A program made the translations under genes and the position numbers. Positions 6,809 through 15,619 of a stretch of DNA of 27,305 nucleotides are shown piece after piece. Position 1 is the first letter of the stretch, and each line of letters starts with the position of its first letter. The notes under the pieces are model-generated. The model did no database searches. It saw nothing but the letters and a program-made list of their open reading frames with translations, and was not told where the DNA came from. The stretch is from the NCBI GenBank assembly GCA_050331235.1, contig JBHJHA010000105.1:1-27305 (forward strand). Direction: 5' to 3'. Origin of the DNA: Leptolyngbyaceae cyanobacterium (GTDB lineage Bacteria; Cyanobacteriota; Cyanobacteriia; Phormidesmidales; Phormidesmidaceae).

Positions 6809-7696
6809 ATGATTTTCGGACTGATGCCCCACGGCTACTGCTTTCTGTGGGATATCGGGCTCACATCGCTGCATGTGTTAGCCGATGGAGCGATCGCCGT
6901 GGCCTATTTTTCAATTCCAACGGTGATGTACCTTAACCGCGATAGCGTTACGGATGAGATGCAGCCATTGATGTTAATGTTCGCTGCGTTCATTTTGTCC
7001 TGCGGTATTGGTCTCGTGTTTGCGGCGGGGAATATTTGGCACGGCAACTACTGGGTCGAAGGTGTTTGGAAAGCGGTGATCGCCGGGATTAGTTTGGCGA
7101 CGGCTTGGCACCTTAAGGGTGAAATTCCCAACTTTTTAGGGCTGCATCGTCAATTGACCGAGACCCAGATGTTGGCCAATACTGACCCACTCACAGGGCT
7201 AGCCAATCGCCGGGGGCTTGAGCAGGCCCTCGAACAGTTATTGCCAGTGCCCCTGACTGCGGCTCAACGGGGACATGTCCTCATGCTGATCGACCTCGAC
7301 CATTTCAAACAAGTCAATGATCGCTATGGCCACACCACCGGCGATCGCCTCCTACAGTCAGTGGCCCAAACCTTGAGCCGCCACACCCGCTCAACAGACA
7401 TTGTGGCTCGCCTCGGCGGTGACGAGTTCGCCGTCTTACTCACGGGCTGCTCTTTACCCAAGGGCCACACCATTGCCACAGCAATCCTGCAAGATCTGCG
7501 AACCATATCCTTAGAGGATGGCCCGGGGAGTTGCGATCAGCCACCTATGGTGACAGCGAGTATTGGACTCCATCGCCTGGAGTCTAGCCATAAGTCTTTT
7601 TTATCCATCTTTCAGCGGGTGGATAAGTTGCTTTACACCAGCAAACAGGCCGGCCGCGATCGCATCACCATTGCGTCATCCGAGGCGACGGGCTGA
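6809..7696 (+). CDS. diguanylate cyclase with an N-terminal ethylene-receptor-type (ETR1-like) transmembrane sensor domain
   Basis: N-terminus MPHGYCFLW..LHVLADGAIAVAYFSIP..FAAFILSCG..W..YW..G.WKAVIAGIS. C-terminus TDPLTGLANRR, DLDHFKQVNDRYGH, RSTD I-site, RLGGDEF. Confidence 0.92.
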   Translation: MIFGLMPHGYCFLWDIGLTSLHVLADGAIAVAYFSIPTVMYLNRDSVTDEMQPLMLMFAAFILSCGIGLVFAAGNIWHGNYWVEGVWKAVIAGISLATAWHLKGEIPNFLGLHRQLTETQMLANTDPLTGLANRRGLEQALEQLLPVPLTAAQRGHVLMLIDLDHFKQVNDRYGHTTGDRLLQSVAQTLSRHTRSTDIVARLGGDEFAVLLTGCSLPKGHTIATAILQDLRTISLEDGPGSCDQPPMVTASIGLHRLESSHKSFLSIFQRVDKLLYTSKQAGRDRITIASSEATG

Positions 7697-7710
7697 CTGA
7701 CAATGCTGGG

Positions 7711-8127
7711 TTAATTGCCAGCGCTAGCCGCTAAGGCTTTGAGGCAGGCGATCGCGGCCGCTGCTTGCGCCTGGGGCACAAATATGTGGTCGTGAAAGTA
7801 GGCCGAAATGACATTTGTGCTGATACCCATCGCCGCAAGGGCTTGGGTCACCGTAGCGATCAGCCCAACCGCAGCCAAATTTGAGTGAATGGTCAACGTA
7901 ATCATCCGGCAAGGATAGGCATAGGGCAGATTGATGCGATCGGCGTCCGCTTGAGCCAGGATTAGCGTTGTGCCCTCTGCTTCTTGAAATTGGCACAGCG
8001 GAACGACATTAGTAGGGAGGTCGCTAGCCCGGGCAATGGTTGCAAAAACAAACACTGTTGGCTGCAGTTTCGGCTGCATATTGGCCAACAGCGTTTTTAG
8101 ATGAATCTCACCGGGGAGAGAAGCCAT
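7711..8127 (-). CDS. tandem ACT-domain protein (DUF2241/ACT_3-ACT_7 type)
   Basis: GEIHLKTLLANMQPKL..FQEAEGTTLIL..ITLTIHSNLAAVGLIA..ISTNVISAYFHDHIFVP. Confidence 0.88.
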   Translation of the reverse strand: MASLPGEIHLKTLLANMQPKLQPTVFVFATIARASDLPTNVVPLCQFQEAEGTTLILAQADADRINLPYAYPCRMITLTIHSNLAAVGLIATVTQALAAMGISTNVISAYFHDHIFVPQAQAAAAIACLKALAASAGN

Positions 8128-8250
8128 GCTGACAGAAAAAACCGAGCAAATTATCTAAGGCTGCATTTTCGTGGAGTTAGCCTAGCCGCTCTCGCGGTGA
8201 GGCCCATACCCTACGGACTAATAGCTGAACCTAAGGATAATTCTGGACTT

Positions 8251-8487
8251 TTAATACTTGGAAAGATCAATGCCCGCCTCGCGCGCCATGGCACTGATGC
8301 CCTTCTTCTCTAGAGTTTTGATCGCTTTGGTCGACAGGCGCAGCTTAACAAACCGCTTGCCCTGCGGCCACCACACTCGCTTGGACTGAAGGTTTGCTTC
8401 TTGGAGCCGCTTAGTGCGACGGTGAGAGTGGGAAATCGCAAACGCGTTGTTAGCCTTTTTACCGGTGAGATCGCAATGACGTGGCAT
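8251..8487 (-). CDS. rpmB: 50S ribosomal protein L28
   Basis: [57 protein letters not shown], 78 aa from ATG at 8487. Confidence 0.98.
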   Translation of the reverse strand: MPRHCDLTGKKANNAFAISHSHRRTKRLQEANLQSKRVWWPQGKRFVKLRLSTKAIKTLEKKGISAMAREAGIDLSKY

Positions 8488-8721
8488 GAGCTTCTCCGAA
8501 TCAGTCACTTTTATACACAATCACCAATAGTAGCTCAAACTAGTCTTGGCTGTAAATAACAGCGCTGTGGCAATAGGTGGAAATTTGGCGCGGCGATCGC
8601 ACCGCCAAAACCATACCCTCGCCAAGCGATCGCTATCTCAAAGCCGCTAAACGACGGAGCATCAAATCGGATTAAGGCTCTGTAAATTAAGCCTTCGCTG
8701 TGGTCGGCACTGGTCTACTAA

Positions 8722-9051
8722 GTAGCAATTCTAATTAAGGATGAGAACCAGGCTGGTTTTTAGGTGCATCGATGGTTGGCGGCGATTTTATCCAAGGTGG
8801 TGCTCCCTGTGGCATCAGCCAAAATCTTCTCTAAGGTGCAAAGTCATGCTTGATTTTGTTGACATCAGGGGAATAGGGAGCAGGAATTAATCCATGATGT
8901 CCAGCGGCCTCGGCAATTTCGTTGGCTTTCTCTAATCGATGAAACCGAGCATTATCTAATTCCGGAGTGAATGCTGGGGGCAAGACGGAACAGAGATGCG
9001 CTGCCAACGAGGTGTCAAAGATATCGCCGTGCTTCTGCCGGAGATCATCAA
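8722..9051 (-). mobile_element. IS630-family remnant (transposase C-terminus plus probable right end); not in the ORF track
   Basis: The minus strand reads IFDTSLAAHLCSVLPPAFTPELDNARFHRLEKANEIAEAAGHHGLIPAPYSPDVNKIKHDFA, then after a frameshift LEKILADA..TTLDKIAANHRCT* (stop 8760-8762). This carries the DNAxFH and PYSPDxNxIE motifs of IS630 DDE domains, with the catalytic E changed to K. TAGCAATTCTAATT at 8723-8736 resembles a terminal repeat. Confidence 0.8.
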
Positions 9052-9166
9052 CCTAGACTCAGCAGGTTTTCGGACGACTTTCGCGTAGGGGATAGCTGGA
9101 TAAAGGCGGCAGGGGAGATCTTTGCTGACTGAGATCTCAGCTAATGCGTAGGTCCCCCTCTGAACT

Positions 9167-11626
9167 TTAATGAATGGGTTTGAGGTGCTGGTCAAACCAT
9201 TGGAACTGTTCCCAAAGGACATGCTCGATAGTTTCTCTGGCCCGATAGCCATGGTCTTCGAAAGGTAAGAGCACTAAGCGGGTAGTGCCGCCAGAGCCCC
9301 TCACCGCCTCGTAAAACACTTCAGACTGAGCGGTGAGCGTCCCCGGATTGGAGTCGGCTTTTCCATGGATGATCAAAATGGGCTCGTCAATCTGGTCGGC
9401 AAAGAAAGTCGGCGAGACTTGGATATAAGTCTCTTGAGCTTCAAACAGCGATCGCCGCTCTGCTTGAAAACCAAAGGGTTGATTGGTTTTGTTATAGGAC
9501 CCACTACGGGCGATGCCGGCTCGGAATAAATCAGTATGGGCCAGTAAGTTGGCGACCATCAACCCGCCATGACTGTGACCGATAATCCCAATCCGCTCGG
9601 GGTCAGCAATGCCCATATCAACAGCCTGTTTGACTGCGGCCTCGGCGTCGGCGACCAGTTGGGGCACAAAGGTATCGTAGGCGGTCTCTGGGTCGCCCAG
9701 CATTGGCATGGCGGTTTGATCAAGGACGGCGTACCCCTGGAGCAAAAAGAACAAGTGGGAAGCGCCATATAGCCGCATGAACCGCCGATCAGAGCCACTG
9801 ACTTGGCCGGCGATCGCCCCGTCAGAATATTCCAAAGGATAGGCATAGAGAACTGTGGGCAAAGGCTTTCCCGGTTCGTAATCAGGGGGAACATAGAGAT
9901 GAAAGCTGAGCGGCACGCCATCGGCTCGCTCATAGCGAACGATTCGTTTTTGAATCTGGCGGAGCTGAGGCGTGGGGTCAGTAAACTGGGTGATGGGTAT
10001 TCGGGCAGTGATTTGATCAACCTGATCGGCACTTAGTGCTAAAGTTGCCAGGTAATAATTAGGGAAATCAAACGGCGATTCAGAGCGGAGGATAAATTGA
10101 GTTTCATCGCCTACGAATCCAACAAAATATTCGTAGCGCTCTGGATCGCAGTGGAATAAACGTTTGGTTTCACCCGTGTCAAGGTCGCGCAAATCCAAAA
10201 ACGGTCGATCGCCCTGATCTGACGCGCCATCGCCGCTGAAGTAGATGGCGTTGCCCCGCTGTCGCAGCACCCGACGACCGTTAGGTAAGGTTCGTAAGAG
10301 TGGTGTACCGGGGTCGCTGTAGCGATCGCTTTCGTTCAGGTCAAACCACTTTCGGGCGGTGCCTTGATCAACATCTAACAGCCAAACATAGCGCCAACGG
10401 CGGAGCCGTTCCCATTGGGTCAACATGAGCGTGTGGCCATCAGCACTCCAAGCATGACGCCAGGGTTGAATTCGGTGTTCAGCTTTAAACACAACCTGTG
10501 GTGTGGTGTCAAAGGGAGCCGCCAAGCGCAAAAGCTGATCTCGATACGGCACCTCAGCCCTGGGGAAGCCGCCATCTAATGCCTCGACCCAAACGAGGGT
10601 ATGGGGAGCAGTCGGCTGCCAGACAACCGCTCGGGGCCCTGTCGGGACGCCATGCACTGGCACCGCATCGGCTACGGGGAGAGAGGCGATCGCGGCGACC
10701 TTCTCACCCTGAGAATTCCAAACTTCAATCTCACTCGCAAAACGCCACCAAGCAACTTCATAAGACCACGGCTCGACTAAACGCTGTACGAGAAGATAGT
10801 CGCCAGAGGGGGAGAATTGGGCCTTGGTATAGGGAGCAGGCTTGCCAATAATCTGACTATCACCGGTCATTGGGTCAAAGAGGACCAGTTCAGATAGCGT
10901 GTAGTAATCAAACAGTGCTGCGTCGTGGGCCGTTTCTAGCAGATTACGGGCTTCATAGGTCGACCGGGCAGTGGCACCGGCCCCTTCTAAAATGTCAGGT
11001 CCCGTAGGTATCGCAGGGGGAGAGGGAACCGGTCCTCGCTCGGGAAGGCGCCGTAGGAGTAGGCGTTGCTGATCGGGGTGCCAGCTCACGGGATTGCCCA
11101 ATAGGGGATTCAGGGCCACGCCTTGGACCTCGGTGAGCTCGCCAGCAACTGAGCCGAGCCATAAGCCGATATGATCAGGGTGCTTCACGATCAAGGCAAC
11201 GCGCTCACCGTCAGCCGTCCATCGAACATCGTGAACCTCAGTATCAGCAGGCCAATTGATCGCTGTAATCAAACCATCTCTGACCCGGATCAGCCGTGGC
11301 GTAGTGCCGCCCCGACGATTGTAATGCCCATTCGTTGCTGGATTGACCTGGATGCCTGCGAGTCGGTGCATCGGGGCCGCCAACTCAGCCAAGGTAGGAT
11401 AAAGAACCAAGTCAGTCAGTAGCAGATGTTCTCCATTTGGAGCCGTCCAGACGCGGGGATAGTGTTGCCCATAGAGCACATCTAAAATCTCTTGAGGCGG
11501 TGACTGCCAGCTTGCGGCTGCGCCGAGGGATGCTTCAGTTTTTCCGAGGTTTGCTGTTGTCATGACTATAACCATCGCTAGTGCTAACCACGTGACAAAT
11601 TTAAATAAGACGGGTCGATTCATCAC
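9167..11626 (-). CDS. S9 (prolyl oligopeptidase clan) serine peptidase, glutamyl-endopeptidase/S9D-like, probably exported
   Basis: N-terminal hydrophobic signal-like segment and a propeller region. Catalytic triad contexts GHSHGG, HGKADSNPGT and LPFEDHGY, plus GIARSGSYN..PFGFQAERR. Confidence 0.92.
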   Translation of the reverse strand: MMNRPVLFKFVTWLALAMVIVMTTANLGKTEASLGAAASWQSPPQEILDVLYGQHYPRVWTAPNGEHLLLTDLVLYPTLAELAAPMHRLAGIQVNPATNGHYNRRGGTTPRLIRVRDGLITAINWPADTEVHDVRWTADGERVALIVKHPDHIGLWLGSVAGELTEVQGVALNPLLGNPVSWHPDQQRLLLRRLPERGPVPSPPAIPTGPDILEGAGATARSTYEARNLLETAHDAALFDYYTLSELVLFDPMTGDSQIIGKPAPYTKAQFSPSGDYLLVQRLVEPWSYEVAWWRFASEIEVWNSQGEKVAAIASLPVADAVPVHGVPTGPRAVVWQPTAPHTLVWVEALDGGFPRAEVPYRDQLLRLAAPFDTTPQVVFKAEHRIQPWRHAWSADGHTLMLTQWERLRRWRYVWLLDVDQGTARKWFDLNESDRYSDPGTPLLRTLPNGRRVLRQRGNAIYFSGDGASDQGDRPFLDLRDLDTGETKRLFHCDPERYEYFVGFVGDETQFILRSESPFDFPNYYLATLALSADQVDQITARIPITQFTDPTPQLRQIQKRIVRYERADGVPLSFHLYVPPDYEPGKPLPTVLYAYPLEYSDGAIAGQVSGSDRRFMRLYGASHLFFLLQGYAVLDQTAMPMLGDPETAYDTFVPQLVADAEAAVKQAVDMGIADPERIGIIGHSHGGLMVANLLAHTDLFRAGIARSGSYNKTNQPFGFQAERRSLFEAQETYIQVSPTFFADQIDEPILIIHGKADSNPGTLTAQSEVFYEAVRGSGGTTRLVLLPFEDHGYRARETIEHVLWEQFQWFDQHLKPIH

Positions 11627-11912
11627 TCATAAACGAAGTTGTTTTGAAGCTGTCGAGAGCTGAGGCTGCCAGGTCACATGACCAATTGGCTGGATGTTTT
11701 AGCCTGCACAGAATAAGCGGCACCAGTAAAAAAATTGTTTTATAGGCATTCTAAAATCCGCTTAGATTTATGAGACTTCAGTGAAGATGCTGGCATAGAA
11801 GTTCTGGTTTACACATTCAATCAGTATATTCATTGAGGTTGTATCAACAAAAATTTGATTGCAACTGTGGTTGCCACTGAACACGCTGTCTTCATAGGGA
11901 AAGATTTTACGA

Positions 11913-12662
11913 ATGTTTCGATCCAATATTTTAACTGCGGCGACTTTGGGACTTGGTTTTGTAATGGCAGTGGCTCCAGCCAACGCCCAAACCACGATCC
12001 TTGACTTTGATACGGGCAACGGTCTTCAGCCTCCAGGTTCCGGTCAGACGATTGGTGGCTCGACCCAACCGTTTACAGATTTCGGTGTCACAATCGAAAC
12101 CGACAATCCCAATAACAACCCTTTATTGCTGTTCAATAGCAACTGCGGTCCTGATTTTCCCAGCACATCTTGTACCGGAGGTGATCCTGATTTGGCTACT
12201 GGACAACCTAGCTTTGGTACTGATCCCCAAGGCAATGTTCTAATCATTCAGGAAAATGATGACCTGACTGATCCCGATGATGATGCTGATGGCGGCACTT
12301 TCCAGTTCTCGTTCATTGATCCGGTTGAGTTCTTAAATGCAACAATCCTTGATTTAGATGAAAACGTTGCCCCTATCTTTGAGTTTTCTTTTGAGAGTGG
12401 ATCTAGTCAAACTGTTAGTGCCAGCAGTGTTGATCTTCTAGGCAGCGAGTCTGGTGACAACTCATTGAGACAGTACAATTTCTCGGGCTTGACTGGAGTG
12501 ACTGGCCTCAACCTTACCTTGGATGATGTCAGCGGTGCAGTTGCTAGCTTGACTTACGAGCGACCGGAAACTCCCTCTATTCCTGAGCCGATGTCTGCAC
12601 TGGCTATCTTTACTGTGGGGGCTGTAGCCGCAGGGGCTGCTTCTAAGAAAAAGTCTGCATAA
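11913..12662 (+). CDS. PEP-CTERM sorting-domain surface protein
   Basis: Signal peptide ending APANA/Q, acidic Asp/Gly/Ser/Thr-rich body, C-terminal IPEP followed by a hydrophobic helix and a KKK tail. Confidence 0.92.
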   Translation: MFRSNILTAATLGLGFVMAVAPANAQTTILDFDTGNGLQPPGSGQTIGGSTQPFTDFGVTIETDNPNNNPLLLFNSNCGPDFPSTSCTGGDPDLATGQPSFGTDPQGNVLIIQENDDLTDPDDDADGGTFQFSFIDPVEFLNATILDLDENVAPIFEFSFESGSSQTVSASSVDLLGSESGDNSLRQYNFSGLTGVTGLNLTLDDVSGAVASLTYERPETPSIPEPMSALAIFTVGAVAAGAASKKKSA

Positions 12663-12694
12663 CTGTGACTAGTTATTACGAACCGTGATGCAGC

Positions 12695-12727
12695 AAAGCC
12701 CCTAGGTAAAGAACCCAGGGGCTTTTT
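12695..12727 (+). terminator. rho-independent terminator of the PEP-CTERM gene
   Basis: aaagcccctaggt-aaaga-acccaggggcttt stem (one mismatch) ending in a T run, 33 nt after the stop. Confidence 0.8.
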
Positions 12728-12812
12728 AAGACAATGCATATCAGCCAGTCTGGATTGGCTTTTGTGAGCTCAATCTAACCCCTTTCGGCGTTCGGGTGCT
12801 CGCTGTTAACTA

Positions 12813-13274
12813 ACCTGAGTTCGGATTAAGCCGATGGCGGGAGAACGAAGTCAAGAGTGAATGAGGGCTTCATGGGCTGATGGCAATCGGCAATCAAGCC
12901 ACAGATGACATTGACCATGAAGTTGGCGGGGCTGCGATGCCTGGAATGCTCAATCTGGGAGGTGTTCTTGAGCTGGTCAATGATGGTTTCGATAATGGCA
13001 CGCTTGTGGGCCAGCAACTTGTCAGTGAGCCGCATATAGGTAATTTTTCATATTGCGCCTGGGTTTGGCAAAGAACTCGATGCCATAGGTCTCAAATAGC
13101 CGTTTTGCCAGCACTTTCGAGACATAGCCCCCGGTCAGCGAAGACCTTGCCATAGAGGGCTTTGAGCACGTCTTCCACGGGCTTGCGGTCGTCGGTATTG
13201 CCCGGTGTGATCTGGATATTGAGCAACTCATCCGGCTCATTAACCACCAGATGGAGTTTGAAGCCAAAGAACCC
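12813..13274 (-). mobile_element. IS982-family remnant (3' half of transposase, frameshifted, with right end)
   Basis: Across frames: [76 protein letters not shown] (stop 12826-12828). End sequence ACCTGAGTTCGG from 12813. Cut at ~13274 by an IS3-type end. Confidence 0.92.
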
Positions 13275-13382
13275 TATAGTGGACCCTAAAAACTGGACAG
13301 GTACTTAAGCTCTGACTCACTCGAACCATGATAGGAGTCATTCATGAGCAAAAAACGCCGACAGTACAGTGCAGAATTCAAG
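13275..13382 (+). mobile_element. IS3-family left end with the first 13 codons of orfA
   Basis: TATAGTGGACCCTAAAAACTGGACAG resembles an IS3-family IRL (canonical 5'-TG changed to TA). It is followed by SD AGGAG and ATG 13344 MSKKRRQYSAEFK, a typical OrfA N-terminus, and then the similarity stops. Confidence 0.75.
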
Positions 13383-13422
13383 GTATTAAATGTCAAGTAC
13401 AAGGTATTAAATGTCAAGTACA
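13379..13422 (+). repeat. perfect 21-bp tandem duplication
   Basis: CAAGGTATTAAATGTCAAGTA at 13379-13399 and 13400-13420, followed by CA. Confidence 0.95.
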
Positions 13423-13533
13423 TAGAGTTGTCATCCGAGAGACTCGGGCTCATTCTGTCTGGGGAAGAGGTGTATCCTATTTTGAATACACCGTCTCAAA
13501 TTGGCACAATGCGGGCGTTAATTTGGAAGGCTT

Positions 13534-14796
13534 ATGTCTCCTCCTGAGACTTTACACCAGCTATTTGATGCGGCTGTGGCGGCGGCTCAACCCCACCGCC
13601 GCATTCCTCAATTCTTGCCCCCCTGCCCTCCGGGCAAAACCGTAGTGGTAGGTGCTGGTAAATCGGCGGCAGCCATGGCCCAAGCGATTGAGCAGTCATG
13701 GACAGGCGAACTCAGTGGAGTTGTTGTTACTCGCTATGGCCACGGTGCTCCAACCCAATTGATCACCGTACTGGAAGCGGCTCATCCCGTCCCTGATGCC
13801 AATGGTATGACTGCTGCTGACCAGATTTTGGCTACAGTGGCTTCCTTAGGGGCGGATGATTTAGTGATTTGTCTAATTTCGGGCGGGGGGTCAGCGCTTT
13901 TGACCTTACCGCCAGCTGATGTCGGACTTGATATGCTGGTCGAGTTAAACCGGAAGCTGCTCCGGTCGGGGGCCGATATTGGTGAAATGAATGCCGTGCG
14001 CAAGAGTTTATCACGTTCTAGCGGGGGGCGGCTGGCGGCGGCGGCTTATCCGGCTCGGGTCGTGACGCTGCTGATTTCAGATGTGCCAGGGGACGATTTG
14101 CGCGCGATCGCCTCTGGTCCGACAGTAGGGGATACGGTGACCGCCCAGGAGGCTTTGAACATATTGCAATAATATAACTAGCAAGTCCCGGCAGCGATCA
14201 AGGCTTACTTGCAAAAAAACGCTAATCCAGTCATTGCGCCTGGTGACACGCGCCTGTCGACCACGACGAATCATTTGATTGCGGCACCCCAACAGTCCTT
14301 AGAAGCTGCGGCCACAACTGCTCGAGCATTGGGCTATACCCCCTTGATTTTAGGCAGTGCCATCGAAGGTGAAGCCCGCCAGGTGGGAACCGTTCATGCT
14401 GGCATTGCCCAGCAGATTTGGCAATATGAACAACCGGTCAAGCCTCCGTGTGTCCTAATCTCGGGGGGAGAAACGACGGTTACCGTTACAGGTCAGAGCG
14501 GGAAAGGGGGGCGCAATAGTGAATTTCTGCTTTCACTGGCGATCGCACTCAAAGGACAGGCAAAGACTTGGGCGATCGCCTGTGACACTGACGGCATCGA
14601 CGGTAGCGAGGACAATGCAGGAGCTCTTATCGGTCCAGATATCCTACAACAGGGACGCCAGAAGGGGCTTGATGCAGCCAAGTTTCTGTTGGGGCACGAC
14701 AGCTACTCTTATTTTCAGGCTGTGGGGGCATTAGTACAAACTGGGCCAACTTTGACGAACGTCAATGATTTTCGAGCCATCTTAATCGATGTCTGA
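13534..14796 (+). pseudogene. glycerate 2-kinase / TtuD-like (DUF4147 + MOFRL), interrupted by two in-frame stops
   Basis: GAGKSA, AAHPVPD, LISGGGSAL, ISDVPGDD..IASGPT, then ILQ*YN*QVP (TAA 14170-14172, TAG 14179-14181). The same frame continues with SGGETTV, GGRNSE, DTDGIDG, TGPTLTNVNDFR. Confidence 0.9.
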
Positions 14797-15619
14797 GCCC
14801 CCTAAAATATCGCTTTCGCCACCTGTGACGCCGCGGCGACTTGGACTCATCATCGGGAATACTCGGTTGCACTGGGGGCTTTTTGAACATGGCCAACTCC
14901 AGACGGTTTGGCATACGCCCCATCTCACTGCGGCCCAAGCTGAGCAGCTAATAGGACGGCGGTTTGCCCTAGACGCTTGGCGGTCTTTGGGCATCGATTT
15001 GGCCTTGACTGTAAACCCTTTGGAATGCGTAGATGGGGCAACAGTGTATTGTGCTTCGGTGGTCCCTGCTCAGGCAGCCCACTGGCAAAACTACGACAGC
15101 GTTTATCACGTGAGCCTGCAGGATATTTCCCTAGCAAATCTGTATCCAACCTTGGGCATTGATCGAGCACTTAATTTGCTGGGGGCAGGCGATCGCTATG
15201 GTTGGCCCTGTTTGATTATCGACGCTGGTACTGCCCTGACCTTTACCGCTGGTCACAGTAACCAATTTATCGGGGGGGCAATATTGCTCGGTCTCGGAGC
15301 ACAGTTTGCCGCTTTGGGGCAACAAGCAGCGGCTTTGCCCGTAGCTGCTGCGGACGGTGAGTTACCGACACGTTGGGCAGATAATACCCCAACCGCCATT
15401 CGCAGTGGTGTCATCCGAGGCGCGATCGCCACCATTCGAGACTTTCTCAATGACTGGCAGCAGGAGTATCCTCATGGCTACGCTGTCTTTACCGGGGGTG
15501 ACGGCAAGCAGCTTTATCAATGGCTAGAGCCCATCCTAGCCGACGCTCATGCTGGGGTTGATGAGCACTTGGCCTTTCACGGGCTCGGCTGCCTATTGAA
15601 AGCACCTGCTAGCCGTTGA
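14789..15619 (+). CDS. coaX: type III pantothenate kinase
   Basis: IGNTRLHWG, ASVVP, YPTLGIDR, IIDAGTALTF, GGAI, TGGDG. The start overlaps the upstream stop (ATGTCTGA). Confidence 0.92.
   Translation: MSEPPKISLSPPVTPRRLGLIIGNTRLHWGLFEHGQLQTVWHTPHLTAAQAEQLIGRRFALDAWRSLGIDLALTVNPLECVDGATVYCASVVPAQAAHWQNYDSVYHVSLQDISLANLYPTLGIDRALNLLGAGDRYGWPCLIIDAGTALTFTAGHSNQFIGGAILLGLGAQFAALGQQAAALPVAAADGELPTRWADNTPTAIRSGVIRGAIATIRDFLNDWQQEYPHGYAVFTGGDGKQLYQWLEPILADAHAGVDEHLAFHGLGCLLKAPASR

Noticed and set aside
8251..8487. L28 lacking a zinc-ribbon Cys set
   Set aside because: This is the usual form of cyanobacterial L28 and is not unusual.
11838..11865. Imperfect inverted repeat upstream of the PEP-CTERM gene
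   Set aside because: Short, AT-rich and bulged. It does not match the NtcA GTA-N8-TAC consensus or another site I can name.
13468..13491. GGTGTAT-N10-ATACACC palindrome upstream of the glycerate kinase gene
   Set aside because: It could be an operator, but a single 7-bp inverted repeat with no regulator nearby is not enough support.
14170..14181. Stop-codon recoding (pyrrolysine or alternative code) in the glycerate kinase and HEPN genes
   Set aside because: Two different stops (TAA and TAG) are involved, and intact genes here end normally in TAA, TAG and TGA.
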